DNA of 64,000 nucleotides from a virus. The notes under the pieces were generated by a model. That model made no database searches. It had not been told where the DNA came from and saw only the letters and a list, made by a program, of their open reading frames with translations. The stretch covers positions 41,347 to 105,346 of IMG/VR virus record IMGVR_UViG_3300028883_000032. One strand, given 5' to 3'. Position numbers and translations under genes: made by a program. Below are positions 37,438 through 48,008 of this stretch, in pieces. The first letter of the stretch is position 1, and each line of letters starts with the position of its first letter.

Positions 37438-37770
37438 TTAGTAGTCCTGTTTACCGTTATTGTCACGTTCTGGGATATCTTTAATTGATCCCTTGCCATG
37501 ACGTTTTTCATGGTCTTTAGCCATCTTCTTTGCAATACGCGGATGTGTTGCAAACATATAACGTTGCTGGGCTTTTGACTCAAATCCAAGCTTTTTCAAA
37601 GATGTTTTTTTCTTCTTTTTAGAATGGGATAATCCGCATTCTCCATGTTTTTTAAAGTATTCCACCTGTTGTAACCTCTTTATTGCGTGTGATCTGTGTT
37701 CATATGGTCCGCCAAGATTTTTACCCAAGCGGGAAACAACATAGTAACCATCTTTTCTTTTAACTATCAT
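37438..37770 (-). CDS. small basic phage protein
   Basis: GKNLGGPY...KRLQQVEYFK and FESKAQQRYMFA modules. Confidence 0.7.
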   Translation of the reverse strand: MIVKRKDGYYVVSRLGKNLGGPYEHRSHAIKRLQQVEYFKKHGECGLSHSKKKKKTSLKKLGFESKAQQRYMFATHPRIAKKMAKDHEKRHGKGSIKDIPERDNNGKQDY

Positions 37771-37821
37771 AAAGCACCTTTATGGCATAAGATTGTGTAA
37801 CCTAACTTTAGGAGAAGAATT

Positions 37822-37908
37822 ATGCCTCGTGGAGACGGAACGGGTCCTGACGGAAAAGGACCACGGACGGGCAGAGGTACGGGAACGTGCCCCCCAGTAA
37901 AAAAATAA
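37822..37908 (+). CDS. 28-aa DUF5320-like micro-protein MPRGDGTGPDGKGPRTGRGTGTCPPVKK
   Basis: AGGAG RBS, motif at 37783; below the ORF-track length cutoff. Confidence 0.7.
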   Translation: MPRGDGTGPDGKGPRTGRGTGTCPPVKK

Positions 37909-38138
37909 CGGTATGACAGGTCCACGTGTGTTAAGTCTCAGAAGGCAGAGCTGCCCTATCCTAGGAATTGGGGTGGAGCCGTGTGCACGGGATCCGGCTT
38001 TCGAGCCTTCGCGACCCCTACGAGTAGCGAAGGACAAGGCTCGCATCAAAACGCAGTGCAAATCCACGGACACTACAGTGGACTTATCGCCCCACGTTGG
38101 GGCAACCGCCAAACAAGGTACTTCGGTGCCTTGTTTTT

Positions 38139-38600
38139 TTACAGCAATGTCAATAAAATATACAGCATGAAAGCAAATATAAAACCAATACTTACTGCCC
38201 CATTAAAGTCCCAATTCAACCAATCTGCAAAACTAAACCCATTTGAATACAGTAGTTCCTGTTTCCATGCAGGCTGCTTATTACCATATATATACCAAGG
38301 TTTCCAACCATCAAATACTTCCCACAGACCTCCTATTACCCAAGATGTCAAACATGCTACTATTGGCATTAAAGCAGTTTGCCAATTAAATAAAAACCAG
38401 AATGCAGCGACTAAAACTAAAGCAATAAATAAACTGCCGAGTAGGTGCCATTTTCCATATTTTCCAATATTGGTCTCTTTAATAAAATTCCACTTAAACC
38501 CAAACCTGTTAGTACGCACAGCGTCTGGACCTTCGGGAAGACCATCTGTTGGATACCCAAAAAAATCTCTTGTTTTTTTAGTAAAATACAAATCCATCAT
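38139..38600 (-). CDS. membrane protein
   Basis: Several hydrophobic helices, KWHL...WEVFD. Confidence 0.7.
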   Translation of the reverse strand: MMDLYFTKKTRDFFGYPTDGLPEGPDAVRTNRFGFKWNFIKETNIGKYGKWHLLGSLFIALVLVAAFWFLFNWQTALMPIVACLTSWVIGGLWEVFDGWKPWYIYGNKQPAWKQELLYSNGFSFADWLNWDFNGAVSIGFIFAFMLYILLTLL

Positions 38601-39286
38601 CGCCCTATTTGCCTCAGAATGTGATGTATAGTTTCCGGTAGCTCTCCAAATTCATGTTCTACCGCTTTATATGCAACATTTTTATCACTGTATCGTGGCA
38701 TGCCTAGTCCCCACCTATATGCCTCTTTACGTTCAGAATCTAGTTTTCTATACAAATTAGCCACATCTTGTGCCTCTTCAAGAGTAGGACGTTTTTCAGC
38801 TTGTTCTACTTGTCTCCCCATTTCCCTAGTTAATAAATCTAAATATGGTTTATTTAACTCGTTAATACGCTCCTCAAATCCGACTGGGCGGTCGTCTGGC
38901 TTTTTTATCCATTTGTCATTGATGACATCATATCCCGCCATTAAAGCTTCTGTATTTGCTCTGTCAATTTCCGGTAAAACAAAATAATTCACTGGATGCT
39001 TAGTCGTACCAAGCATATTTTTACCAGAGCGATTAAATGCCTTAGCTATTGCACTATAATAGTCTACAGCATTTTTGTCACTAAGCTCAACCTGTACATC
39101 AATATCGCTCGTATCACTATAATAGTATCCCAAAATGGAGCCTATAACGGTGATGCCTCTAATAAACTTTGGCGGTATTACACCGTATAAATCTTCTATT
39201 AACTCTACCCTTACGGATGGCCTTAATTTGTCATTAATAAAAACAGCGGGCGAAAGTACACTTTTCTTTTTATCAAAAATACTCAT
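38597..39286 (-). CDS. Pol-beta-like nucleotidyltransferase
   Basis: GSILGYYYSDTSDIDV, PVNYFV and YDVINDKWIKKP. Confidence 0.8.
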   Translation of the reverse strand: MSIFDKKKSVLSPAVFINDKLRPSVRVELIEDLYGVIPPKFIRGITVIGSILGYYYSDTSDIDVQVELSDKNAVDYYSAIAKAFNRSGKNMLGTTKHPVNYFVLPEIDRANTEALMAGYDVINDKWIKKPDDRPVGFEERINELNKPYLDLLTREMGRQVEQAEKRPTLEEAQDVANLYRKLDSERKEAYRWGLGMPRYSDKNVAYKAVEHEFGELPETIHHILRQIGR

Positions 39287-40635
39287 TAGCGTAGGGCTTC
39301 CAATACTTGGTTTATTTCATCTTGTTTACGTCTGCTCATGGACATTAAATACTGTCCAGAACTTACAGGGGCGTGCCCACTAAAAAACGATTTTGGTAAA
39401 GTAGAAACGTATGTTTTTACTTTTACTGTTTTTGACGGATCGTCTCCGCGACGTATGCCGCGGGCGGCGGCTTGATCAAGGCGACTTTTATTCCAATGAG
39501 GTTCTACCAACTGAACCAAACTAGTCTTTGGTAAGTTCAGGCCTTCAGAACCGGCACCGCTATATAAGAATGCTTTAACCTTACCTGAGTTGTATTGCTT
39601 AATTTGATCTAACCTGTTTGGGCCGGACATTTCCCCTGTAAGTACAGAATGCTTTATACCCAAAGCCTTCAATCTTCTTGATAGCGGCTCTATTCCGGCT
39701 CCAATGTAGTTCGAATAAGCCAATACTTTGCCGCCTCTTGCTAATTCCTCTGTCATGTCTTTAACAACTTTATCCAGTTTAGTTGATTCCGCTTTAGCGG
39801 GATTTTTTACGTATGGAGCTGTTGTATTACTTACCTGTCGTAACCCAGACATGAAAGCATTTAGACTAGGTCTCTCCTGCTTTGAAGGTGGTAAATTCTT
39901 CTCAATTTTATAACGCACACTACGAGGAATCTGTTTGTTTAAGTATTTGTATAGTTTTGCTTGTCTTGGACCCATCTCAACACTAACTATTTCGCGGGAA
40001 CTGTGCGGTATCAAGCCTTTAAATTGCTGTGTTTTTGCCACGTGAACATACGGTTTAACAACGTTTTTTAAATATGCTCTATTTTTAAGTTGTTTAACAT
40101 CCCCGGGTTTTACTCCAGTAATTCTTGCAAAAAACGGAACGCTCACCTTTTTGTCTTCAAAAAACATTTTGTTAAAGCGTTCTTTGTCCATAGGAACTAA
40201 AGGCTTATTGGCGGCCAAGTTAACTTGGGTCGCCAAATCTGAAGCTTCGTTGTACATGGGCGTTGCGGACAGTAGCAATGCCTTACGGTATTTTTGTCTT
40301 TGTTTTAATATATTTGAAAATGCTTTTGTTTCGGGGTTACGTATATATTGAGACTCATCTATAACTAGTGCATCTCCACCAGGCAACTTATTTCCTCTAG
40401 AGATGGCTGCAAAGGTTGATGTGGTACGAGAGGATTTAGTCCCAAAAGCTTTTTGCTCTTCTTGCTCAAAATTTTTCTTTAGCGAAGCCGTGCCAACAAC
40501 GCTAGTCTTCCTACCTCTAGTAGCATTTAACGCTAAGCGGGTTTTACCAGAACCGGTTGGATGTACCACTAATAGGCCGGTCGGGGACTGGCGGTATTTC
40601 TTTAGTGCCTGTTCTTGTGGTGGTAACATTACCAC
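39286..40635 (-). CDS. SNF2-like SF2 helicase
   Basis: HPTGSGKT, IDESQ, LSATP, GSEGLNL, PHWN and QAAARGIR. Confidence 0.9.
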   Translation of the reverse strand: MVMLPPQEQALKKYRQSPTGLLVVHPTGSGKTRLALNATRGRKTSVVGTASLKKNFEQEEQKAFGTKSSRTTSTFAAISRGNKLPGGDALVIDESQYIRNPETKAFSNILKQRQKYRKALLLSATPMYNEASDLATQVNLAANKPLVPMDKERFNKMFFEDKKVSVPFFARITGVKPGDVKQLKNRAYLKNVVKPYVHVAKTQQFKGLIPHSSREIVSVEMGPRQAKLYKYLNKQIPRSVRYKIEKNLPPSKQERPSLNAFMSGLRQVSNTTAPYVKNPAKAESTKLDKVVKDMTEELARGGKVLAYSNYIGAGIEPLSRRLKALGIKHSVLTGEMSGPNRLDQIKQYNSGKVKAFLYSGAGSEGLNLPKTSLVQLVEPHWNKSRLDQAAARGIRRGDDPSKTVKVKTYVSTLPKSFFSGHAPVSSGQYLMSMSRRKQDEINQVLEALR

Positions 40636-42011
40636 ATCTCCCTGAAGCCCAAAAAGACTGGCATTCTAAATTTTTCGGTAGCAGGATAAAAGTCCTGATA
40701 AGACACTTTTATTAACTTACCTATGTACTGACCCGGATTATTAAAAAAGTCTCGTCTGAGGTCATCTGTGAGCCCTGAGCCTATACGTATGTTAGCGGGA
40801 CCATCTTTTTTTAGACTAGCAATTATTCCGCCAACGGCTACTCCGTCATATTTAGAATTTTTGGCAGCAGGATAAAAGCCCCTTATATAAACTTCAGTGT
40901 CCTTGGCCATCTTCATCTTTGATGGTACTGGTGAATCTAAATCAAATTCAACAATTCCTTCTGAAGTAAGGGGGTATCGTCCAGACTTAACATCTGATAA
41001 CAACATTTGTTTGTCGCTCCAAGTTTGTGCCATTGGGGCTAGCTTAAGACCTGGAGTCAAATCTACTACTTCTTTTAAAAGGGGGAACTTGTCTCTATAC
41101 GGCAAGTTTGCGACATTACGACCACGATAGGTATCAATGTCATAAATGATGTGATCCAATCCGCCTTTTTCAGCTTGCAATTCGCGGGATTTCATTGTAC
41201 TGGCATTAAGCATGCCTGACGTCTCATTGGACGCTAGCACCTTTCCAGTATTGTCTTTTGCAAACAATTCTCCACGCAATACCGTCTCATTACCAACTTC
41301 AGGCGGAGCAATATTACGATATAGCGATGTTTTAAACGTGTGGTCTATTAATGCGTTGTTGTCTTTGCGACTTACCCTATATGAATAAGTCTCTATGGGC
41401 TTATCTTTACGAAGTACAAACAAAGCGTGCGCACCATCAATTTTTGGAGACCATATTTTTGAGTCATCCATATAGTCCAATTTTGATAGTTCCTTCTCTT
41501 TGTACTTCGGCTTATAGGCAGGAACAGAGCGAGATAAGCGAGTAGGCGTGTGATTGACCAACAACCAATTTTTCCCATCAAAAGCTTTGATCAGTGTATA
41601 ACGCCCAGGAGTAGTGCTTTTATGTACAACAAACGACAACTTACCTGGCTCTGCCTTAACAACCTCTACCTTATCTCTAGCCTCCAAACTAACATTACCC
41701 TTACCATACCCACTCTCTATTTTACCTTCAAAATTCATGTAGTCAAGTGTGTGAGTAGGCTGATGGATAGCTAGAACTTTTTCCCCAGGTTTTGGTAGGT
41801 GTTGTATAACCCACGAATGAGCATGGCCTGTTTCCGGATCACCCAGCCGTAGATCTTTATGTGGACCGGCAACTTCCGCCTCATGACTATGAACCGCAAA
41901 TTCCCAAATAACAGGATCCTTTACTTTGGGAATATTTTGGAACTTATTTCTATCGGGAATGCCGGGAATTGTCTCACCATTTTTGATTAACAACAGTTCA
42001 CGTAAATTCAT
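40629..42011 (-). CDS. LigD-type 3'-phosphoesterase domain fused to ATP-dependent ligase and OB domains
   Basis: HEAEVAGPHKDLRLG, HAHSW, HTLDYMNFEGKIESGYGKG; PKIDG, LRGEL, EGIV, IGSGLTD and FRMPVF. Confidence 0.8.
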   Translation of the reverse strand: MNLRELLLIKNGETIPGIPDRNKFQNIPKVKDPVIWEFAVHSHEAEVAGPHKDLRLGDPETGHAHSWVIQHLPKPGEKVLAIHQPTHTLDYMNFEGKIESGYGKGNVSLEARDKVEVVKAEPGKLSFVVHKSTTPGRYTLIKAFDGKNWLLVNHTPTRLSRSVPAYKPKYKEKELSKLDYMDDSKIWSPKIDGAHALFVLRKDKPIETYSYRVSRKDNNALIDHTFKTSLYRNIAPPEVGNETVLRGELFAKDNTGKVLASNETSGMLNASTMKSRELQAEKGGLDHIIYDIDTYRGRNVANLPYRDKFPLLKEVVDLTPGLKLAPMAQTWSDKQMLLSDVKSGRYPLTSEGIVEFDLDSPVPSKMKMAKDTEVYIRGFYPAAKNSKYDGVAVGGIIASLKKDGPANIRIGSGLTDDLRRDFFNNPGQYIGKLIKVSYQDFYPATEKFRMPVFLGFREMW

Positions 42012-42013
42012 TA

Positions 42014-42814
42014 TTATCTCACGTACTCCACTAAATCGGGGACACTGAGACGGTACCTTATGTCACCTTTGGGAATTATCTCCATACGAGAATTATTAAT
42101 TACTGTCACTAATCCTTTTTGGGTAGGTCTTACTTCAAGTATTTCGTATCTTTTGTTATCATAACTAACAACCACATCCCCCGGTTCTACGTCTGGCCAT
42201 GGTGGAGAGGTTAGAATTGCATCCGTAATTTGCCACTCTCCCCATTGCAACTGAGCTTGTCTCTTTGGAGTTGGGTTAATCATGCAAGTTCTTATTATGG
42301 GAGTATAATAGCCCCCCTGATAGCCCGTATCGTAACAAGTACTGCAATTGGCAGTCTGATGCCGTCCTATGGTTACATCATAATCTGGACATCTTGTTCC
42401 ACTAGTTTTTTTCTTAAAAATAGCACAAGGTCTACCAGTTAGTCTAAAAGCAATATCTTCGGTTCTAATAATAGCGTCACTATAAATATCTCCATAAGAT
42501 GCCTGCTTTACAGGATTGCAGATATCTCCAGTATTAGACCCGTCGGTAAATGACAGGGCGTAATAAAGTTCCTGCCACTGGTCGTACTCATAACCAGAGA
42601 TAGTGGTATCTGTCCACCCATAATCATCAGCTGAGATTACTCCAGAAGACACTAAATCAAACTCATCTATAATTCCAGAATGGGCCGCCCAAAATCCCCT
42701 GTAGATGTTTACAGTGTAAACACTGGAATCCTCATCAGTATTTTCCAGTGTCCAATGTAAATTCATCACTCCTGGTTCATAGGATCTTATCAGTAACTCA
42801 TCTAGTGCTATCAT
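42014..42814 (-). CDS. putative neck / head-closure protein
   Basis: SGTRC...CSTCYDTGYQGGYY; head-tail region. Confidence 0.55.
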   Translation of the reverse strand: MIALDELLIRSYEPGVMNLHWTLENTDEDSSVYTVNIYRGFWAAHSGIIDEFDLVSSGVISADDYGWTDTTISGYEYDQWQELYYALSFTDGSNTGDICNPVKQASYGDIYSDAIIRTEDIAFRLTGRPCAIFKKKTSGTRCPDYDVTIGRHQTANCSTCYDTGYQGGYYTPIIRTCMINPTPKRQAQLQWGEWQITDAILTSPPWPDVEPGDVVVSYDNKRYEILEVRPTQKGLVTVINNSRMEIIPKGDIRYRLSVPDLVEYVR

Positions 42815-42817
42815 TTT

Positions 42818-43276
42818 TTACCAAGATGCATCATAATATTCGGAACTTACACTACCGTAACAATCGCTAATGTTCTGTTTTTTCTTCAAACCAGTTACTC
42901 TGTCTACCCACGATTTTTCAATAAGATTAAACCAGTTTAGGTAGTTTTTCCATTTATCATAAGCCTGTATTTGTACTCCTCCTGTGTCATTGTAGCTGAC
43001 TGCATTACGGGCACTCCAAATGCCATGGCCTATTAATACTTGTTTTAAGGTCCCGTATTTTAAAGCAGAATATGATGGGAAGTCGTCGATTGTCCACGAT
43101 GTTTCTATGTGTGGAAGAACAGCGTTATTTGCTTCGTCAACCGCATCTAGCATTGATTGGTAAATATAGGAATCCGAGCTTTCTTGAATTTTTTCAAGAA
43201 AATTTCTATCTACTGTATCCTCTACCCAAGTTCTTATGTTATCTATATAAGACTGTTCTGTTGTTGAATATGCCAT
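42818..43276 (-). CDS. putative head-tail adaptor
   Basis: 152 aa, RNAVSYNDTGG; position. Confidence 0.5.
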   Translation of the reverse strand: MAYSTTEQSYIDNIRTWVEDTVDRNFLEKIQESSDSYIYQSMLDAVDEANNAVLPHIETSWTIDDFPSYSALKYGTLKQVLIGHGIWSARNAVSYNDTGGVQIQAYDKWKNYLNWFNLIEKSWVDRVTGLKKKQNISDCYGSVSSEYYDASW

Positions 43277-43358
43277 ATTAGTAAACCCACGTTACAGTTA
43301 CTGTTATAGACCCGCCACTTCCGGCCCAATCAAGTGTTATTAATGCATCACATACTTA

Positions 43359-45182
43359 TTAATATCTTCGAATTACAATGTCCGACACCATACTATTTTC
43401 ACGAAAGTTCAAGGTAAAATAACTACTTGCTGTTATATCCGCGTCTGTAATTGGATTGGTAGCTAATCCAAACAAAACCCAACCATTCCATCCGTATTCA
43501 CCGCCCTTAACATAAACATAAATATCATTAGATAAATCTCTAATAAATTTAAATCTGTACCAAATACCATCGCTTGCTAAAAGATCATCGCCGGAAGACA
43601 GAACGGTTCTTGTTCCTGCTACTGTTTTTCTAAAAGAAAAAGTCTCTGGTGCGGCGCTAAGATATAAAACCAAATAGTATCCGGTACCATAATTTTGGTT
43701 TTCTATGTCCGTTTTATCTGACAAAATATAGCATTCATGTGCTATATTTTCATTGGAGCAATTTACGGAAAATTCCCATTCACCATATGCAACATCGCAA
43801 GGTATAGACATGTTACCATCACTACTAAATTTCATGGCATTTTTTCTAACACCATTTATTTCTGTTTCAACTATTTTAACAGATGCGGCACCATCTGAAA
43901 TCCAATTTGGTATTTGTTTTGTTACGCCGTCGGCCCCATAGTCAAAAGTTTCTCTTATAACAACAGAGTCTGAATGTAGCTCCGTCAACTTCATTTTAGT
44001 AACTGTCATAAACCTTGAAGAAGGATCGTCTTCCAAGATGCACTTAGGATACACCGTTTGCGTTGATTTTGCTATAGCCACTTTTGATAGTGACTGAGGA
44101 GAAGAAAAGTCAGTATTTCGAAATATATAATTAATACCAAACACATTAGAACTCATGTTTGATTGTATAACATCGAAGAAACCCAATCCATCCTTGTTTT
44201 CACTGTCTCCATTAAAAGCGGCCAACTCTATCAAGTATGGTTTTCCTGCCTTTACATTAACCCCATTGGTAAACCAAACCGGGGCATTCACATCTTCATC
44301 ATCCTCCAAACGTAATTGTCCATTTTGAAACTCGAAGACATCGGGGTCTCCATCTGTTGACCATTCGCTGACATCCAAATGATCTTTCATGTCAAATAAG
44401 ACAAGACCCCTTCCAAATCCAGTTACAGGTATGACAATATTTCCGATAGTCTTAGCTTTTGAATATTCCGAATATGTTTGTGATACAAGATCAGTCATTT
44501 TTCCATCAGTTAACCCGTTTACCCCAAAACGGTACAATCTAACCCTACTAAACAACCCACCGATTCCGCCCACCCCTCCTCCAGCGGTATAGGAACCTAT
44601 TTTCAAAGGAAATGCATTATCAACACTCCCTATAACAGAACCATAAGCGGCACTGTATAGGGGTGAAGGAGATACTCCATCTTTATAAAGCGTAACTTTC
44701 GTCACTGAAGAACCATCATCCTTATCTACAAATATTAATAAATGAACCAACTTTGATACATTTTTACTTAACTCTGGTGCAATTGAAAGTTCACCTCCCG
44801 TGGTTCCATCACAAATTTCAAATCTTACGGTATCATTTGACCCTCTGTAAATAAACATCCATCCGGGTTTGGTTGCCAAATAATCTTCTATTTTTCCTAT
44901 AAGACTATTTCTTCCTGAATCTACATTTATTAGATTTACCCATAATTCTATAGCGAAATCTTCTAATCCAAAATTTAGTCTATTTTGATTTGCGTCTAAT
45001 AAACTCAGATAAGGTGTAGTAGAACGATCTACTCTTCCTGCTCCTCTTAAAATACCATTTTTAACTCCCAACTGCATAGAATTGTTATTTGTAAAGGGAA
45101 CAGTTTGAATACCGGACTGGTCGTAAAGAGAATACCCTTGCCAATCAAGAACAATATTTTTTTTGAAATCTGGGCTTAACAT
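43359..45182 (-). CDS. LamG/concanavalin-like domain virion protein
   Basis: FAIELWVN, LYKDG, PLKIGS...SRVRLY. Confidence 0.7.
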   Translation of the reverse strand: MLSPDFKKNIVLDWQGYSLYDQSGIQTVPFTNNNSMQLGVKNGILRGAGRVDRSTTPYLSLLDANQNRLNFGLEDFAIELWVNLINVDSGRNSLIGKIEDYLATKPGWMFIYRGSNDTVRFEICDGTTGGELSIAPELSKNVSKLVHLLIFVDKDDGSSVTKVTLYKDGVSPSPLYSAAYGSVIGSVDNAFPLKIGSYTAGGGVGGIGGLFSRVRLYRFGVNGLTDGKMTDLVSQTYSEYSKAKTIGNIVIPVTGFGRGLVLFDMKDHLDVSEWSTDGDPDVFEFQNGQLRLEDDEDVNAPVWFTNGVNVKAGKPYLIELAAFNGDSENKDGLGFFDVIQSNMSSNVFGINYIFRNTDFSSPQSLSKVAIAKSTQTVYPKCILEDDPSSRFMTVTKMKLTELHSDSVVIRETFDYGADGVTKQIPNWISDGAASVKIVETEINGVRKNAMKFSSDGNMSIPCDVAYGEWEFSVNCSNENIAHECYILSDKTDIENQNYGTGYYLVLYLSAAPETFSFRKTVAGTRTVLSSGDDLLASDGIWYRFKFIRDLSNDIYVYVKGGEYGWNGWVLFGLATNPITDADITASSYFTLNFRENSMVSDIVIRRY

Positions 45183-45183
45183 A

Positions 45184-45399
45184 TTATATTGTTTCTTCTA
45201 CTATATATAAAGGAACACAAATATTATATAGAGCTTCTATCTTATAATGTTCATTTGTAGAAACTGGTCCAAAAATATAAACGTGTTCTATGTGACGCGC
45301 TAAATCTGAAGCATTTGAAAACTCTTCTTTAACAGACTCGGCGTATTCTAATATTTCTTGTAATTTTTCTTCAGTCATAATTTTATCCTGAATATTCAT
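45184..45399 (-). CDS. hypothetical protein
   Basis: 71-aa ORF in operon. Confidence 0.55.
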   Translation of the reverse strand: MNIQDKIMTEEKLQEILEYAESVKEEFSNASDLARHIEHVYIFGPVSTNEHYKIEALYNICVPLYIVEETI

Positions 45400-45940
45400 G
45401 TAGACCGACGTAAAAAGTTAGTGTTTTAGCATCTTGTCCTGGGCACATGCAACGAGCCCATACTTTTGTTCCCGCGTCTTGCCTTTCCGTCTGAATAACT
45501 ACCGGACCAGAATCAATTAAATTTGACGCCGGCGTAAACACACAATCAGTATAATCTCCAGCAGTTAAAGCTGTAGCTCCATCGGCTCCAAAAGCTACTT
45601 GAAAAAAGTAGGACGAATTTTGGCTTGCCGCCGCAAATTCCAGTCGATGCAAATCAAATTTGGTATTACCTGCATCTGCGGGCGTATCGTCTGCCCCAAG
45701 TATTTGGAGCCAATCCCCCCAAGTATCATCCCCTGAAGTAACTGTGAAAACTCCTGCCCCATCTGCGTCGCCTATTTCTACAGCAACGTGATCTTCGCCA
45801 TCTGGAGTACCTGCTAGTTCAAACCAACGTTCATTGGAATGAAGATGACGTTCAATTTCAGCAACCGCATGTCCTATGGTGCCATCCGTGGCACTAAGTC
45901 CTGTGGATACCGATACATCTGGATTATAATTTCCGTGCAT
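45383..45940 (-). CDS. putative structural protein
   Basis: Acidic beta-rich ORF in virion module. Confidence 0.6.
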   Translation of the reverse strand: MHGNYNPDVSVSTGLSATDGTIGHAVAEIERHLHSNERWFELAGTPDGEDHVAVEIGDADGAGVFTVTSGDDTWGDWLQILGADDTPADAGNTKFDLHRLEFAAASQNSSYFFQVAFGADGATALTAGDYTDCVFTPASNLIDSGPVVIQTERQDAGTKVWARCMCPGQDAKTLTFYVGLHEYSG

Positions 45941-46902
45941 TATAGTGCCTTTCTACGACCTTTTACAATAACAGTATTTGTTGCCCCGTCATTAACAATT
46001 ACCGCTCTAACATATTTGAAAATTACATTTTCAAGATCAATAGCAAAAGTTATTGTACCATTTGTAACCGTAACCGAAGAGGCATCAGAGGCAGCATTGC
46101 AGTCATAAAATTGTATTGCCACCCAATCTCTATTGGTGGCCGTGGAGTCTTCGTCATTAGATGCTTCAATTGTCAATGTAACTGTCCCATCCGCATCAAT
46201 AAATTTTCCTGTAAAAGAAAGATCTTTGTAGCCATCCATGTCATACCCACTGGTACTTGGGTAGTAGTGTGTATCGGCCCCTAAGTTTGTTGTGTCTAAT
46301 GTGTTTAATAATTGATACTGTTCATTTAATGGACTTATATCCTCAGAATAGATAGCATCATTTGTTGAATCGTATGCCTTTGTGGGACCATTGACACCTA
46401 CTTCATATGAGTCACCAGATGCAAATGGAGATGCTCCTGTTATACTAACTGTGCCACCGGAATAGGATAGTGTAATACCGGCATATCCATTAAAATACAC
46501 ATTACTAGATGTCCCGGCAGTATCAACAACCCTTACATATACTAACTGTGAGTCGTCTGAAATTGCAATGGGCAGGCCAGTCAACGTAATGGTGGAACTT
46601 GTCCCAAACGCAGCTGTAAAATCACTGGGACTTTTGTATTCCGCTATTAACTGACCTTTACGATTTGCGTCCGAAACAGCAAGGGCATTGTCTGAATAAG
46701 CAATTGTTGAACCATCAGCTACTTTCACCTGTGCATCTGAGGTGGGGTCTGTTAGTATTGCTGGAAGAGCATTTTCAGAATCTAAATTAATGGATACATC
46801 TTCTACAGTAACCGGCAATGGGTTTTCTGGAGATACGGTTACACGCACTTGTTCCTCTGCACCGGTCGGTTTAAAATGGATATATGTGCTACTACTTGAC
46901 AT
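45940..46902 (-). CDS. putative structural (decoration/fibre) protein
   Basis: Ser/Thr/Asp-rich, VSPENPLPV; own sigma70-type promoter. Confidence 0.6.
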   Translation of the reverse strand: MSSSSTYIHFKPTGAEEQVRVTVSPENPLPVTVEDVSINLDSENALPAILTDPTSDAQVKVADGSTIAYSDNALAVSDANRKGQLIAEYKSPSDFTAAFGTSSTITLTGLPIAISDDSQLVYVRVVDTAGTSSNVYFNGYAGITLSYSGGTVSITGASPFASGDSYEVGVNGPTKAYDSTNDAIYSEDISPLNEQYQLLNTLDTTNLGADTHYYPSTSGYDMDGYKDLSFTGKFIDADGTVTLTIEASNDEDSTATNRDWVAIQFYDCNAASDASSVTVTNGTITFAIDLENVIFKYVRAVIVNDGATNTVIVKGRRKAL

Positions 46903-47019
46903 ATTTCCCCCAATTTTTATGGATTATCATATCTTAATATACTTAAAAAACTCTTTAAAGTCAAGTAAAAAAGCCTCCCAAAATATTTAGGAGGCTGACT
47001 TTACAAAAAGCAAAGCTAA

Positions 47020-47997
47020 TTAGTTAGTCCAGTATACCTTTGCCATTGAATAGGCGTTACCAATACCCATGCCGATAATCTCATAAAGACTCCAGCTGAT
47101 AAGGTTACGTTTCTTTTCAATCCAGAACTTAACATCACCCAATATATAGGCGTGACCCATATATTGTTTTGGTGTAAAGCCGTACATTGTGCCAGGAGGT
47201 ACAAGTTCGCCTTTATTGGTAACAATAAGATCTTTACCAAAGATTGTGGTGTAGGTCCAGCCGTTTACTGTGGTGTTTTCTGCGATTGCGTTACCGCGAT
47301 CATCAGCACGCCACAAAAGGATCTTGTTGTAATCTTCACGATTCATGAGGATTACGGAGCAATCATAACGTCTAGCATCAAAATCATGCTCGTAAATTGT
47401 TGATCCAGCTGAATTCTTTAAACTCGTACTACCAACGGTACTTGAATTCTCAAGCAAGTTGAATAGACGTACAAACAACATCGGATCAAGCTCATTATTA
47501 TTTGTATTGTAGGCTGTAGAATTTTCGTACTTACCTGACAATGCAACGGCATCTTCGACGCGACTAATGAATCCTTGGTCTTCAATTGCATGAAGATCTT
47601 TTAGAGAGTTATTTTCGATGATCTCTGTTAGAGGCATCTCATAAGCTAAAAGCTCTTCTTCTACTTTCTGGTATTCTCTTGAGCTGATTCCGTAAAATGC
47701 AATTTCATAACGTTCACCCATGATGTACTCAGAATCTGGTGCACCACGGAAGTTAATTTCCATCGCTACTGAATTGGGCTCGAGATCCACGACCTTAACC
47801 AGCTGGTCGTGATTTACAGAGCGTTGACATTCTGCCTTTGTAATAGGCTGAGGCATCATAATTTTGCGTGAGAAAGAAACTTCACGCATGCGCTGACGAA
47901 TGTATGAGCTTGTGCTCATCGCAAGCTTGGCGCGATCCTCTGGAGAATCCAACGACTCAACAAACAGTTCATTAAGAATTTCAGGACTTGTTGCCAT
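47020..47997 (-). CDS. major capsid protein
   Basis: 325 aa after decoration and scaffold genes, strong GGAG RBS, followed by terminator; HK97-like C-terminal E-x-IGMGIGN. Confidence 0.8.
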   Translation of the reverse strand: MATSPEILNELFVESLDSPEDRAKLAMSTSSYIRQRMREVSFSRKIMMPQPITKAECQRSVNHDQLVKVVDLEPNSVAMEINFRGAPDSEYIMGERYEIAFYGISSREYQKVEEELLAYEMPLTEIIENNSLKDLHAIEDQGFISRVEDAVALSGKYENSTAYNTNNNELDPMLFVRLFNLLENSSTVGSTSLKNSAGSTIYEHDFDARRYDCSVILMNREDYNKILLWRADDRGNAIAENTTVNGWTYTTIFGKDLIVTNKGELVPPGTMYGFTPKQYMGHAYILGDVKFWIEKKRNLISWSLYEIIGMGIGNAYSMAKVYWTN

Positions 47998-48008
47998 TTT
48001 TTATCTCC

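Noticed and set aside
37780..38631. Track ORFs 37780..38112 (-), 37913..38170 (+) and 37981..38631 (+)
   Set aside because: No RBS, atypical composition, and overlap with the micro-ORF, the structured RNA or a better - strand gene
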